Positions 50,588 to 63,656 are shown, numbered from the stretch's first letter. The stretch is 64,000 nucleotides of DNA from Amphiscolops sp. MND2022 (GCA_964187785.1 OZ076416.1:16616001-16680000), one strand, 5' to 3'. Numbers and translations are program-made. Notes: a model not told the origin generated them from the letters alone.

Positions 50588-51099
50588 AACAAGACGGGAA
50601 CGTCTAAAGTCGGCTCCATATCTAAGGCTCAAAAAGCGCAGTTTCTAAAATATGCGTAAGACCTCTTCATGAAAAACTCCTGTTTTCGAACCACCGCCTC
50701 CTCGATAAAACGCAATATAATTCGGATATAACGTCAAAAGTTCAGATATTGAGCTTCACTTCGAGTATTAAGTCAAAATTTCGGATAGTATTGAGAAAAA
50801 ATTATCGGATAAATTCTGACAGAACCTAATATCAGGTAAAAATGAGAATTTTGAAACAGTTTCATAGTTCCGAAAAATCTGAAAGGGGACCCTTTCGGAC
50901 TTTGTAACAATCATTTTGTTGCAAAATATCAAAAAACTTGAAGGGGGACCCTTTGAAGTCATTAAAAATTTTTCGAAAAAACCTCACAGTGCCGAGAAAA
51001 AATCGCACTTTTCATTCAGTTTGAGGTCAGTGCTCTGGAGAAAAAAGATTCATTGTAAGAGTCGTGCATTTTTTGCTTCACAAAAAGCACCGACTAAAA
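50588..51099 (-). mobile_element. Variant HINE-like copy with both termini
   Basis: AACAAGACGGGAACGTCTAAAGTCGGCTCCATATC...AAAAAGCACCGACTAAAA. Confidence 0.8.
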
Positions 51100-51179
51100 C
51101 ATGTTGGAAAAATTGAATAGTCATTGCTATGAAAACTGATAATTTTTTGGTGATCAAAATTTATTTGAATGTATTTCAC

Positions 51180-54100
51180 CCCTAGGTTACAAGAATCACA
51201 AATCTTGCAAAATTCTTCCGAAATTCTTGCCAACTTTGCATTTCTTACAAGAATCTTACAAGTTTGTAAGAAAATCGCAATTTTTGCAAGATTGGTACAT
51301 AGCACAATATTTCTTACAAAATTCTTGCAAAAATTTTGCAAAATTTGCGTACTTCATACAAAAATTCTTACAAAATTTGCGTTTCTCATTTTTGATTATT
51401 TCGACCAAAAATTCGTTCAAATTTTTTTTTCAGATCTGATTACGTATCTTTATCTGAAATTTTAGGTTTCGTAGCCTTGCAGGACGGGGATGCAATTTTT
51501 TTAGATCTTATTTCTTTTAGATCTTATTCCCGTTTTGAAATTTTAGATTTCCTAGCCGTTGCCAGGATGGGGATGCAATTTTTTAGATCTTTTTTCTTTA
51601 ACATCCTATTTAGAGAAGGGGAATAAGATCTGAAATGCATTGATTTTAGATCCTATTTCCTTTAGATCTTATTCCCGTTTTGAAATTTTAGATTTCCTAG
51701 CCTTTGCCAGGACGGGGATGCATTTTTTTAGATCTTATTTCCTGATCATCCCCTTCTTTAGAGAAGGGGAATAAGATCTAAAATGCATTGATTTTAGATC
51801 TTATTTCCTTAACATCCTATTTAGAGAAGGGGAATAAAATCTAAAATGCATTGATTTTAGATCTTATTTCCGTTTTGAGGTTTTAGATTTCCTAGCCTTT
51901 GCCAGGACGGGGATGCAATTTTTTTAGATCTTATTTCTTTAACATCCTATTTAGAGAAGGGGAATAAGATCTGAAACGCCTTGATTTTAGATCTTATTTC
52001 CTTTAGATCTTATTCCCGTTTTGAAATTGTAGATTTCCTAGCCTTCGCCAGGATGGGGATGCATTTTTTAAAAATCTTATTTCTTTAACATCCTATTTAG
52101 AGAAGGGGAATAAGATCTAAAATGCATTGATTTTAGATCTTATTTCCTTAACATCCTATTTAGAGAAGGGGAATAAGATCTAAAATGCATTGATTTTAGA
52201 TCTTTTTCCGTTTTGAGATTCTAGATTTCCTAGCCTTTGCCAGGACGGGGATGCAATTTTTTAGATCTTATTTCTTTAACATCCTATTTAGAGAAGGGGA
52301 ATAAGATCTAAAATGCATTGATTTTAGATCTTATTTCCGTTTTGAGATTTTAGATTTCCTAGCCTTTGCCAGGACGGGGATGCAATTTTTTTAGATCTTA
52401 TTTCTTTAACATCCTATTTAGAGAAGGGGAATAAGATCTAAAATGCATTGATTTTAGATCCTATTTCCTTTAGATCTTATTCCCGTTTTGAAATTTTAGA
52501 TTTCCTAGCCTATGCCAGGACGGGGATGTATTTTTTAAAATCTTATTTCCTGATCATCCCCTTCTTTAGAGAAGGGGAATAAGATCTAAAATTCATTGAT
52601 TTTAGATCTTATTTCCTTAACATCCTATTTCGAGAAGGGGAATAAAATCTAAAATGCATTGATTTTAGATCTTATTTCCGTTTTGAGATTTTAGATTTCC
52701 TAGCCTTTGCCAGGACGGCGATGCAATTTTTTTAGATCTTATTTCTTTAACATCCTATTTAGAGAAGGGGAATAAGATCTGAAATGCCTTGATTTTAGAT
52801 CTTATTTCCTTTAGATCTTATTCCCGTTTTGAAAATTTAGATTTCCTAGCCTTCGCCAGGATGGGGATGCATTTTTTTTAGATCTTATTTCTTTAACATC
52901 CTATTTAGAGAAGGGGAATAAGATCTAAAATGCATTGATTTTAGATCTTATTTCCTTAACATCCTATTTAGAGAAGGGGAATAAGATCTAAAATGCATTG
53001 ATTTTAGATCTTATTTCCGTTTTGAGAAATCTAGATTTCCTAGCCTTTGCCAGGACGGGGATGCAATTTTTTTAGATCTTATTTCTTTAACATCCTATTT
53101 AGAGAAGGGGAATAAGATCTAAAATGCATTGATTTTAGATCTTATTTCCGTTTTGAGATTTTAGATTTCCTAGCCTTTGCCAGGACGGGGATGCAATTTT
53201 TTTAGATCTTATTTCTTTAACATCCTATTTAGAGAAGGGGAATGAGATCTAAAATGCATTGATTTTAGATCCTATTTCCTTTATATCTTATTCCCGTTTT
53301 TTTCATGGATCTAGATTCTGATCGAACATTCATGTTTGTGTTTATTGTTTCAACTTTCACACGGTGCTTTTTTTAACTAAAAATGTTTAGTAATAGACCT
53401 GTCAGTATAAACTGCTCCTCAGTTGCCTCCTATATCCCCAAAAATACTTTTTTGCAAAAGAAGTTCCGCGCTTTTCGATGTGTCTCAAAACAGATCAAAC
53501 GTTGATGATAGTGTTTCTTTTCAATTCCATCTTTTTTAACGATGCTTTTCAACAAGCATTGCACTCCGGTGGACCTGCTGGTTTCGACAGTTTCTCAGTT
53601 TGTCAGTGGACGTTTGAAAAAGAGGTGTTCGAAAAAATTGACGTGTTTTTTTCTTGGATCTCAATTTTGATAGAACATTCAAGTGTCTCTTTTATTGTTT
53701 AATCTTTCAGACGGTGCTCTTTATCCTGTAATTGTTTGTTAATAGACATGCCAGTTTTGACTATTGCTCAGTTGCCCTGTAGAACCCAAAAAGGATGCTT
53801 ATGGAAGAAATGAAGGAGCATCGGCGTTTCTTGAAAAAAAATTTTGATGTATGATTTTATATGCTTGCTGGAATTGAAGTTTCATTTTTTTCTAAAGCTG
53901 TTTTGGATTGAGATTTCAGAGTGGGAAAAGGTTTTTCATTGAGAAAAGTTCAGCTTGTGACTGGAATTTGAAGTGAAAAAAGATCTAAAATTTACAAAAA
54001 TTCCGTTTATTAAAAGTATCCGAAAGTTCCAATAATTTAGGATCTAGATTCACCGAAACATGTTCCAATGATTTGAGATCTGAATGCTCTAGATATGTTT

Positions 54101-54388
54101 CCGAGAAGGAAGGGTTATTCATTTAGAATAGTTAGGCTTCAATATTGGGCAATTGTAACATTTCCGCGTTCAGCTGTTTTTTGCAGCTGTTGAATTTTTT
54201 GAGGCAGGAATTGCAATTTTTGTCAGAAACTTGTAAGATCTATGCAATTTTTGTAAGATTCTGAGCAGAAAAATGCAAATCTTGCAAGATTTTTGCAAGA
54301 GTTAGATTCTAAAAATGCATTTTCTTACAAGATCTTACAAGAATTCTTGTAAGAATTTTGCAAGATTTGTGATTCTTGTAACCTAGGG
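51180..54388. mobile_element. 3209-bp non-autonomous EnSpm/CMC-like element (CCC...GGG, TSD AC) enclosing a satellite
   Basis: Perfect 38-bp TIR CCCTAGGTTACAAGAATCACAAATCTTGCAAAATTCTT; AC at 51178-51179 and 54389-54390; subterminal CAAGA(A)TCTT repeats at both ends. Confidence 0.88.
51466..53300. repeat. Satellite array: ~128-197-bp monomers in an ~808-bp five-monomer higher-order repeat (~2.2 copies)
   Basis: Anchor GATTTCCTAGCCTTTGCCAGGACGGGGATGC recurs about 12 times. Diagnostic variants recur 808 bp apart: CCTGATCATC 51741/52549, CCTTCGCCA 52042/52850, CTGAAA(C/T)GCC 51971/52779. Confidence 0.95.
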
Positions 54389-57300
54389 ACTGCAATATAC
54401 TGGCGTTTAATTTTTACAACACTGTCTTTACCGAAGTATGTCTCCGAAATTTAAAGTGAAAACCGTATTGTTTAAATGGGCACTCCACGTTACGTTCTTT
54501 TCGAAGATTACTCGAATATAATGTCTTAGCGCAGCAAAAGAAAATTTATTCCATGCTATACGAAATCAAGGTGAATAATTTTTTGATTGCGACTACCGAA
54601 ATCTAAAATGAATTTCGCTCAACGTCCTAATATCAATGACTCAGCATTAAAGGCAACAATAACATATTATAACAGCAAAAAAAGGTGATATCTTGAATGA
54701 TAGGACCAATGCAATCTAGATTGAAGCGATGCGTATCTTCAAAAATCTCAACTACCGTAACGTCTACTTCCGTTGTTGTGCTTGAATGACTTTCTTCATT
54801 AAAATCACTTCTTGAGGAATTCACTTGAACTTAATGATTTTGTGCTTTTTCCAATAAAACTACTTTTGCAATATTCGAAATTGGCTGTTGCTGTGTTGGA
54901 TTCAATGATTAAGAAGTGCTTTGTTTTGTTTCTGAAGTAGTTTAGAGCTGTAGCCTTCGGGAGGTAATGACTATTGGTTATGCATGGTTAGTACTGGTTA
55001 TTACACGCGGACTCCATCATACCCCGGCGCAATTGCTTCTGACAGATTCTTACAATGGCAAGGATTCTAGAGCTACCTTCGGGCTTTATTGCATTATCAT
55101 TTCCCCACCGAAGTATCGTTGCTATTTTTATGTCTACACATATAGGCATATACGAATAAGGCTAACGAATAAGGCGATGCTTGAACAGAAAAAGGTTGGA
55201 AAATTGAAAAAATGGAAACATTTTTTTTCGAAAAAAATCAGATTTTATGCCTGCAAAATTGCGCAGAAGTCTGTTTTTGCTGGTGCCACTGGAGCTTCTC
55301 AATCAATCGTCAGGTCGAGCAGTCAGTCAGAAGAAATACACCATCGTTGTTCTCACAGCCCAGCGGGTTCATGGGGTGAGGATAAGGGGATTAGCAACGC
55401 CTTTGTTTGCATAGGGTTACTTGGATGGCCGGAAGCTGGGCTGGGAAGCTATGAATACAAAATGCTTGGCATAAAATTTGAAGGCAAAATTTGAATGAAT
55501 AGAGGGAACCATTGAATTTGTCGAGAATATGAACGAAAACAAACGAAAAATTTGAAATGTTTTGTTTGCATAATAGAGCAAAAAATTGGAAAATTAGGTT
55601 TTTTCAGGAAAAAAAACAGAAAATTGAAGCATGTACATGTACATCCAAAAAATAAATCCTATAAAAACTATTACCATCAAGTTTTTAGTTTTCAGACAGT
55701 CACCCTGAAGAGCAACAGTGAACTGAATTTTGTCGATAAACAATTACGTAATACAGCTGCTATTTTTAGTTCTCATTGTAGAGATACCAGTAACTTTCTT
55801 TATTACCATGTCGCTGAAGACATCATTAGTACAAAAAAATTGAATAAAGTAAACACTAAGCATCTTAGTCTTTTCTATTGAGATACCCTTTGGTATTACT
55901 TCAAACCCTAAAATATTTATTTTTGTTGATAGAACTTGAAATAATTTTGAATACTCAATAAGTACATGTAGTTTGGCATGTTCAACTGCTTGTTATCATA
56001 ATGACGGTTCCCCGAAACCTTGAATCGAACATATAGTCTCGGAATCTTGTCTGCGGGACTCCAATCTTGTACCATTAGTAGCAAAACTATTCCTTTGGGT
56101 AATTTAAAAATTTAGAAATTCAAGCTCATTGTCCAATTATTGCGAATAATTTTCTGTTTTGAAACAATTCAATATTTAAAATTATTCAATTTTTCGATAT
56201 TGCAACAAAATACAATTAATGGGTTTGGAAACGTTTTGAATTAATGTAGTGAACTTGTTCTCATAGGGAAAACTATGTTTGTTTGGTATCCTTTACGAGA
56301 CACCAACCATTGTTTGTGAGGAGGGTTTTAAAAACCCCGGTTTTTTATTTAAAAGGGCGGATGTAATGAATTTGTTGACATTTAGCGCTAATAATACTGT
56401 CTCAAGTACCTGCTAGAAGTGCAAACAGTGTTAGTGCAACATTTTTTTTCTTTGCTGTGGTTTTTTACTGTACACACTTGCATACTAATTTGAAGAATTC
56501 AATTCAATTCATTTCCGCTTTTGCATAAGTCCGTACGTTCGAGTTGCTTTTCAACGGTTTTCCAGAGTTTCGGATTACAATTAATAAACTTGAGGGGTTC
56601 GTGTTAGGGGATGCCTAGAAAATGGTCATTCAGAATTTCGAGGGGCGGGAATAAAAAATGATAAACAAGAGCAGCGGTTGACACTAAAGTAGTTAGGGAA
56701 AAGTATATTGCATGTTAGGATATGCGTTATTCGCTTAGGAAATTTCTCAAGGAAAATATTGAGACAGGGAGAAGAAAAAGGGTTTATGGAAGGGTGAATT
56801 GTGTGTAAGTGACTACTGCATTCTGGGGGATAAGAAACAAAGGACATCAAAATCGGCACCTCGTATACCACGTACGGGTGGTGGCGGGGAAGGAAAAATT
56901 AGAAGAGGGAAAAGAGGTAACATCCCAGCTCATGGAAGCTGAAATAATGGGATAAGTTGTACAGCGTGTATTGCGTAATGCGTCAATAATCTATAAAGGC
57001 CTTTTTATAACTCGACAAGTTATAACCGCTTCTTCTCCTTATTCTTCGTTTCTGCTTGTGCGGCGTGTGTCGCTATTGCATCATCATTATTATCATCATA
57101 ATAATAATCGACATCATCATCATTGTCGGCTTTAAAAGCAGCCGTGATAGGTAGTCTGCTCTAGTTGTAAGTCTTGCTTCTACCACCGACACTGTGCAGC
57201 CAATCGTTTTTTTTGTCATTTTCCACTACCTGAAAAGCGGCAGCCGCGTCGCTCCCAAAGAAGAAGTGAAAAAAGAAGACATACCGACCTAGGACTGCCA

Positions 57301-57541
57301 AAAGCAGCAGTTATAGCACCTTTTCTTCTTTCCCGCGAAAGCTCCCTTTTTACCGCGTTTTTTCTTCATTTCCCCTCCTTTTTCGCCTCAATATATTCGC
57401 ATGCTCCCTGTATTTTTTCACCCTGTATTTTGTTTCTTCGCACATTTCTTCCTTGCTTATTTACCCGCCATCATTTTACCGCCACGGATTAAGACCTAAA
57501 TCGCGCGAACATTTAAACACACTTCAACTCTGTTATAAGTA

Positions 57542-57584
57542 TGACGCAACTCGATTACAATTACGTCATGCAATTTTTACGTCA
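57542..57584. promoter_or_regulatory. Cluster of bZIP-type motifs (possible promoter)
   Basis: TGACGCAA (57542), TTACGTCA (57561), TTACGTCA (57577), beside a low-complexity UTR-like tract at 57000-57450. Confidence 0.3.
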
Positions 57585-58661
57585 TGATGACAGAAAAGAA
57601 GTGAAAAAAGGAGGAAATAGTTTGGAAGGAAGAGAATTTGTAGTTAGTAGTTGCAGTACTTGCATTTTAAACGGCTAACTAATTCCTTATAATGTCCCCC
57701 TATAGTTTATTACGTTAGCACGCGAGTCAACGACGCCGCGGGTTTAGATTTTTTTCACATTTATTGACGCCCGAGAATTGCCATAATGTGCAGCCACGTG
57801 GAAAGATGTGGCGCGAATTTGTCAAACGTCTTTTTGAATGATTTTTCAAAAAACCGACAATTTTGACTCCCTTCAGTCTAGTAGTAGCCTCTGCTTAATG
57901 AGGTGGCATTAATAACTAGAACAACACTCGCTCCATCTACCTTCATATTATAACAATTGGAATTTATAACTTATAAGTCATCAACGCAACATGGTGAGTT
58001 ACCACTGCCAATAACTTCGAAAAACCCAAAAAATTTTAGATATTTTGCGAAAAATAAAGAAATATATTTCCAAGCTGATACCAGTGACATACTTTTTGCA
58101 ATTTGTGCCGAATTTTAAACTAAATATCAGTTCTCGACAGGAAAGAGATTTTCAACGTCATTAGTCTAATAGTTTTTCGGTAGCAGAAACAAATTGCCAA
58201 TTTTTATTTGCAGAGAAGCCGTTTCACATTCTCATGAATTAAAAATGATCAGACTTTTGATAAGCTTACAAATCATCGGATGATAGATTTTCCACTCATG
58301 GTTTTCGTCGCCAGAAAATGCCATTCAAACAGAGGAAAGTCGAAAATGCAAATATCAAAAATTGACTTTAAGAGACATGAAATCCGTCATATCTTGGCTG
58401 CAAAATGTTTAATGGAGCATTTTTTCATTAAACAAATTCTTCTGTTTTTGAAAAAACTTATCTGGAGGCTTAATAAACGTTTTTTATACCTCATCTTTCA
58501 AACTCTTGCATCTTATCGGAAGGCGCAAATTTTGTCGTGAGAAATTTCATCGTTTTAGCTAATCCAAAATTTATTTATAGCAATAATAAATGGTAGCAAT
58601 TATTGCACAATTAATCATAATTGGAATGGGTAGAAAAGTGCGATAAACTTAGAAAAAACGT

Positions 58662-58706
58662 AATTCCTGACGACGAAATTTCCGCTGACGAAAATTCAGG
58701 TAATCC
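58662..58706. mobile_element. Right-end fragment of the 49579-50305 MITE family
   Basis: CCTGACGACGAAATTTCCGCTGACGAAAATTCAGGTAATCC. Confidence 0.7.
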
Positions 58707-58715
58707 ATCTGTCAA

Positions 58716-59095
58716 TTTTTAGTCGGCGCTTCATGAAGTGAAACGCGACTGTAATAGTGACTCTTTTTTCAATCCACACGAACTGAACAAAATAGTTTTA
58801 ATAAAGGTTCCACAAAATTTTAAGAGGCCAAATTGTACCGTTTGGCCCAGGGAACTAAACTATAATCGTTCTTTTTTTTCGCGTAACATACAAAACCAGA
58901 CGAGCGCAACTCAAGGGTTGCCCTTTCAGTTTTTCGGCGCCGTGGTACTTTTTTTCGAAAATTTTTTAATGTCTCCAAAGGGTCCACCTTCAGTTTTTTT
59001 GATATTTTGCAACAGAATGGATGTTGAAAAATCCCAAAAGTTTCCCCTTTTAGCGCGCTAGTTCGGGGCGCTGATTTATGCCGTTCCCGGCTTGT
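58716..59095 (+). mobile_element. Complete short HINE-like copy (~380 bp)
   Basis: TTTTTAGTCGGCGCTTCATGAAGTG...GGGCGCTGATTTATGCCGTTCCCGGCTTGT. Confidence 0.85.
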
Positions 59096-59096
59096 C

Positions 59097-59915
59097 CCCA
59101 TGTTGAGCACTCCCTGCGAATCTGTACAGATCTGTACAGATCCTGACAGATATTCCAGGATTTGTCGAAAATTAACTAGTCAAAAAACAGTTTTGAAATT
59201 GAAATTAGTTGAATAAAAAGTGCTCTACAAGATACACACGCCTCCTAGTTGAAGTTTTGAAAAAAAGTTTCTGTGCGAATCTGTACAGATCTGTACAGAT
59301 CCTGACAGATATTCCAGGATTGGTCGTAAATAAACCATACGAAAATGACCAATAAATTACTATAACGTATTCCAAGTTTCCAGCAATTACTAAAACTGCT
59401 CCAGCTAACCATGTTTCCGAAATATTACAACAACAACAACACTTTATCAACACCTCTACCAACCCAGAAGATTGCCACATGTAAAATTTTATCTGTCAAA
59501 ACGAAGTCAATATGGCAAACGAGCCTTTCAAAGTTCAACAACCACTTCTGGAAAGTTCGAGTGAAATGGATAAATTACCGTGGTTTACCAAAACCGCACT
59601 TTCTCCAGTCACCAAGATTACCTTTATGGGGACACGTGTTCCTGCTCAAGAATTTTGAGTGCGTGAGATTTGCAACTGACTGAGCCTTGGTCAGCAAAAA
59701 TACTTGTTGAAGAAGCCCGAAAATGCAATACATCGTTTCCCAGAAGCTCCACGAAAAAATTTCCTGAAAAATCGGTACAGAACATCCTTGAACATCCTTA
59801 AAGATCCTTGCAGATCTGCAGTTGTCCTTACGTAGCAGTGGCACGATCTTTACAGATCCTCAAGGAAAAAAGGTTCACAGATCTGTACAGATTCTCAAGG
59901 AAAGCTCAACATGGG
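59097..59915. mobile_element. 819-bp non-autonomous EnSpm/CMC-like element (CCC...GGG, TSD TC)
   Basis: 39-bp TIR CCCATGTTGAGC...GCTCAACATGGG (4 mismatches); TC on both flanks; GTACAGATCTGTAC repeats; the ~50-bp block at 59115 is duplicated at 59274. Confidence 0.88.
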
Positions 59916-61344
59916 TCTACATTGAAATTATCAAGTGTAATTTTGGTAGTTACAGTGGTCTTTGTATTTTATGATGCTACTGCAAATTATAGGCTTGATT
60001 CTTTTCCTAGCCGATGAAACTTGAATCACGTGACTTCCTTTTCCCAATTTTTTCCTAATTGGATCTATTTGCTGTACAAAGTATGCAAAAATACCAATCC
60101 CGACTCATTAGCAAATGGTTTCTCATCATTCATTCGAAGTTGACGTACAGAGAATCACTGTGTCTTATTTCAAAGCAATGAGAAAATGCACGAAATTTAC
60201 AAGAGTTGATTGACTGTCTGATTGACGTTTTTAAGGGGGGGGGGAAGGGGGGCTCCCCGAGGAATATGCACTGCTTGTTTATAATCTTTTCTAAATGGCA
60301 AAAGGAAAAACGGGAATTAATTGAACAGGAAGTCATCTTTTAAAAGAGCAAAAATGACATGTATAAAAATATGCACGTAAAACTTAGCCCAGTTTTTCTT
60401 TTTTTCATGAAGCTCTGTGTTTGGTAAACGTCATTTCCTTTCTAGGTCAAACAGAATCATGAAAGCGTTTCTCAATTTCATTGACTTTATAATCATTTTC
60501 ACCAAAAATAGGAAAAAGTTGACTTCTCAATTTGCCCTCGGTGTGTATTTTTGGCCCTATTTGACATAAATAGTGACAAAAGATCAAAACTCAATCAAAA
60601 GGGAGCTTTTATTCTCTGTAGTCATGGAAACCGAAGCATCGAGGCATATATTCCTTTGAAGAAACCGAATGCGACCGTCCCCCTTTGGAAAAATGATTAT
60701 CTTGTTTAAGAAACAAAAATGGCGATATTCTATATTGTTTTATATAAAATCAGTCTTGGGAATTCGATTTTTTTTCTAAATTGGAGTTCATGGGAAATGC
60801 TTCTATTAACCCAGATTCAAGCTCTGATATCTGATGCTTTCAAAACTTAACACAGTCTCAGTCTGAGTAATTGGTTCTTTCCATAGAAAATTATCCGTTT
60901 TTGAACAAACTAGGAATCCCCGACACCTCATTTGTCCAATCACTGTAATGAGTTTGACCAATTCCATTCCAAGGGGCGGAGAAAGCAATAGCAATGCATT
61001 TTTATGTGACACCGTTTGTAGATCGTCATTTGATTAATCATTAATGGACATTTCAATCATATGGTGTTCCCAAGGTTTACAGCTCATTACTTTCCATCCA
61101 TGATTCATGGTTTCGACATGTCAAAAAAGAATTCATGATAGCTAAAAGAGATCCAAGATTCCTGGACAATCATGGATGATCATGAATAAAAAGGAAGATG
61201 CCATGAATGATCATTGAAAATTTTTTTGACAAACGAGAAATCTTAGTTTTATCCGAAAGTTTTTAAAATTCTTTTCTTCCCTATTTTCTATCATATTTTC
61301 AAAAAATTTTCTACCTTCATTATATAACAATTCAAATGCCAATT

Positions 61345-61940
61345 GGCCTGGAGGCTGACGCGGATTTCCAAGCCTGGTCCGAGGTCTGAGAAGCAGGAGT
61401 TCGTGGGTTCGAATGCTGCACCTAACTAAAAATTTTTAGGCTTTCACAGGCAGAAGAAATAAAAAAGGGTGTCTCTTTGCTTTGTGGTCTTTTAAGAACT
61501 ATGCGACTTTTTTTGAACTTTTTATAACTTTTGATTTTTAATTTTGAATAGATGCCCCCTCAGGGTTTTTTGGCACTGCAGTGCCACATGTGCGACTAAC
61601 CGAAGAATTTTTGGGAATTTTTTCTCATAATTTTTGCTTTTTGAAGGTTTTCTGTTAAAGAAAACGGATTTTCAAGACTTCTTCGAGTGACCTCTTGGTT
61701 AAAGGTGACCTCTGTGCGACTGATCAGAATTTTCACAAGAAGTGTGAAAAAAGTTTTTTTCGGCTGTGTGTGATTTTTTATGATTTTTTTCTGTTTACTA
61801 AAGGTTCGCTGCTTTTTTATCATTTTCGTTCATAAAACGCCTTTCTCGAGCCTAAGGGGAAATAAACACTTTCGAATAGTTTCAGCACTGTGCGACTTTT
61901 TTAGAACCAAGTTTTTAAATCGTTACATTCTTAATGCATT
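61345..61940 (+). mobile_element. Long-variant HINE-like fragment beginning with a tRNA-like module
   Basis: GGCCTGGAGGCTGA...GGAGTTCGTGGGTTCGAATGC, then family-type interior (ACTATGCGACTTTT, TTTTTGGCACTG, TGTGCGACTTTTT). Confidence 0.55.
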
Positions 61941-62286
61941 TCTCTTCATGTACAGTATCTCTTCTGTATGATAAATGGAATCACTGCATAACCATGATAA
62001 TCGATGATTATCCGTCAACGACAACAGTCAAGAATTGTTATTTATTTTTCAAGTTTAATGACAAAATGTAATCAATGGCAATAAAAACCCATGATAGTTT
62101 ATAAAACACTGAGGATGAGTCATAATGGCCAACTTTGGTCGCCTGTGAAATTAATAGTACTGTACGATCTCAAAAAATTGGTGTTTTTGATTGTCAATCT
62201 TCTGCAAAAAATATCTTTTGAGAACTTTATCTTAATGAAAAGTCTTTGTACACGAACCGTTATTTCCTGGTGATCTAATATACGTA

Positions 62287-63182
62287 TTTTTAGTCGGCGT
62301 TTTTCGATTAAGGAAAAGTGCCTGACTATCCCACTGACCAGTTTGTTTTGTTAGTCCCACTTTGAATGGTTCACTTTTTGTGCAAGATGCACTTGCTTTT
62401 ACGATAATAGTAACTTCTAACTGCCACTTGGCCTAGAGGTTAACTCGAATTTCTGAAAATGTCTGAAACGACGTCTGAGAGGCAGGAGTACGAGTCTCAC
62501 ACTGATTCGAAATTTTTTATGCTTGCAAAAGTACAGGGGAGACTGAAGGGTGCACCCTTTGGGTGTTTTTCTAATTTAAGTTACTTTTTTTCTATCTTTT
62601 CAAAGTGAACCCCCTCAATTTTTAGCCGAGACAAAGCATTGTGCAAGATAGAGGCCACTTTTGGTTTTATGCCGGTACTAAGCGACTTACCGACGAATTT
62701 TTCAGAAAATTTGAAAAAAATTCTATATTTTAGGTTTTTTGAGGTGTTCTGTAAAGGAAAACTTTTTCCCCAACCTTGAGGGTAACCCTCAACTTTTTTT
62801 CCCAGTCTCTCTTTGATTATTTTTTAATCCTGTGTAGCTGTTGAATTTTTCTGTTGGATTTCGGTTGATTTTTTTTGTTGGTTTTTCGCTGCTTGTGGAA
62901 ATGGTTTCTTCAGCGCTGTCCAACTTTTTTTCATAAAAGTTTCATTTAATCAAAGTGTATTCGGCCAGCAAAAAGCGTTTGGCGATCTTAAAGCACTTTT
63001 TCCGGCACCATGAGATATTTTTCCGAAAATTTTTTGAAAAAGTTTAATTCAAAAAAATCAATTTTTTGATGTTCTCAGGAAAAAAGCGGTTTTCCAGTAT
63101 TATGCGAATCCCTTTGCATATCTAAAAACTTTGTTTTTCAACCTTGAGCGAGGCGCCGATTTGGGCCGTTCCCGGATTGTTT
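62287..63182 (+). mobile_element. Complete long-variant HINE-like copy (~900 bp) with internal tRNA-like module (~62420-62520)
   Basis: TTTTTAGTCGGCGT...GAGGCGCCGATTTGGGCCGTTCCCGGATTGTTT. Confidence 0.8.
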
Positions 63183-63502
63183 ACCTTGTGCAAAAAAATC
63201 TTGCAGCTCTTGACAAGAAAATTTATGAACAAAAGTCAATGAAAGTCTGAAATATTTGCAAATCTTTCCTGATCAACCTCCCTACATTATGATAAACGTT
63301 CCGGATTTTTGTGTGAGAATTATTTTGAATTATTGAAAAACTCAACGAAATTTGCCATTTCACACAAATCATACGAATTTATTTTTTGGTCTCCGAATTG
63401 TCTGGAACAACATCTAAACTTTGAATATATAAGAAGACGCCCGCTAAGCACCGCGATATTTTCCGCCCTGTTCGCCTTCACCAACTGAGCCATAGCTATT
63501 TT

Positions 63503-63656
63503 GGGAGGGGGGAATAGGATCTAAAGAATAAGATCTAAACTTTAGTGATTTTAGATCTCATTCCTTTTAGATCTTATTCCCGCCCTGAAATTTTAGATCT
63601 TATTCCCTTTAGATCTTATTCCTTTTTTTTGACTTTAGATATTATTCCCGCTGTAT
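63503..63656. mobile_element. 154-bp MITE with GAATAAGATCTAA / TTAGATCTTATTCC repeats, 8-bp TSD
   Basis: GCTATTTT at 63495-63502 and 63657-63664; same end geometry (8 imperfect nt, then GGAATA) as 11986-12934. Confidence 0.75.

Noticed and set aside
54967-55494. Longest non-TE ORF (175 aa)
   Set aside because: No recognisable domain; it crosses segments of differing composition including an A-rich tract, so probably a chance ORF.
60806-61012. Minus-strand frame with PWNGIG...YSDW...DCV, faintly like a C-type lectin
   Set aside because: Interrupted by stops, spacing does not fit, no splice support.
61345-61435. tRNA-like segments as true tRNA genes
   Set aside because: No complete cloverleaf or anticodon arm; embedded in repeats, so treated as SINE-head-like modules.
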